DNA of 64,000 bases from a bacterium. Its GTDB lineage: Bacteria; UBA8248. Below, one piece after another: positions 63,875 through 64,000 of the stretch (positions within the stretch are counted from its first letter, which is position 1; each line of letters starts with the position of its first letter). Below the pieces are notes generated by a model, which saw only the letters and a program-made list of their open reading frames with translations, was not told the DNA's origin and did no database searches. The position numbers were made by a program, and so were the translations under genes. The stretch lies in NCBI GenBank assembly GCA_965213685.1, contig CBDBZY010000003.1, positions 292,168 to 356,167 of the forward strand, in the 5' to 3' direction.

Positions 63875-64000
63875 ATGGGTACCGCCATGAGTTCTGACAC
63901 TGCCCGGACGTTCGAGCGCGGAAACCTGCATGAGCTGGCCTCCTTTCTGGTGACGCCCGCCCGCTGCGGCATATTCCTCTCCCGGAGCCGCATTCGCGGC
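63875..64000 (+). CDS. Possible start of a hypothetical protein running off the window
   Basis: Open frame MGTAMSSDTARTFERGNLHELASFL... to the window end, divergent from trmJ; no recognisable motif. Confidence 0.35.
   Translation, partial: MGTAMSSDTARTFERGNLHELASFLVTPARCGIFLSRSRIRG

Overview
High-GC bacterial chromosomal window of mostly housekeeping genes. It holds rplM-rpsI, argC-argJ, rpsB-tsf-pyrH-frr-uppS-cdsA-dxr-pgpA-cinA-thpR-recA, def-fmt-rsmB-PASTA-rpe, ffh-rpsP-rimM-trmD-SPOUT-rplS, rnhB-yraN, a minus-strand tolC-ruvX-mltG-REC/repeat-valS-birA-coaX run, ribF, tRNA-Leu(CAG), a long clpB-dnaK-cbpA-hspR-htpX-grpE-dnaJ heat-shock cluster, rpoZ, HU/IHF, queA and trmJ. The gene orders resemble deltaproteobacteria/Nitrospinota-like lineages (inference only). 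Homopolymer indels in essential genes (first ~3.6 kb, rsmB, LLM gene, trmJ) look like long-read errors. Five signals stand out. (1) Two convergent selenoprotein genes that the ORF track truncates, an ArsC-family UxxC protein and a CUAEP-tail B12/radical SAM enzyme, each with a SECIS-like hairpin, the latter coupled to an IscA/HesB gene. (2) A 1555-aa membrane-anchored OmpA/MotB protein with a modular coiled-coil repeat rod that largely preserves heptad register. (3) A RomR/PopZ-like pseudo-receiver protein with 47-aa acidic Pro-rich repeats upstream of valS. (4) recA bracketed by a broken DUF262-HNH-RAMA nuclease and a low-GC orphan adenine methyltransferase, with a 60-nt-period duplicated hairpin in the recA leader. 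(5) A HAIR-like HspR operator overlapping the clpB promoter. All family assignments come from motif recognition by eye; no database search was run.
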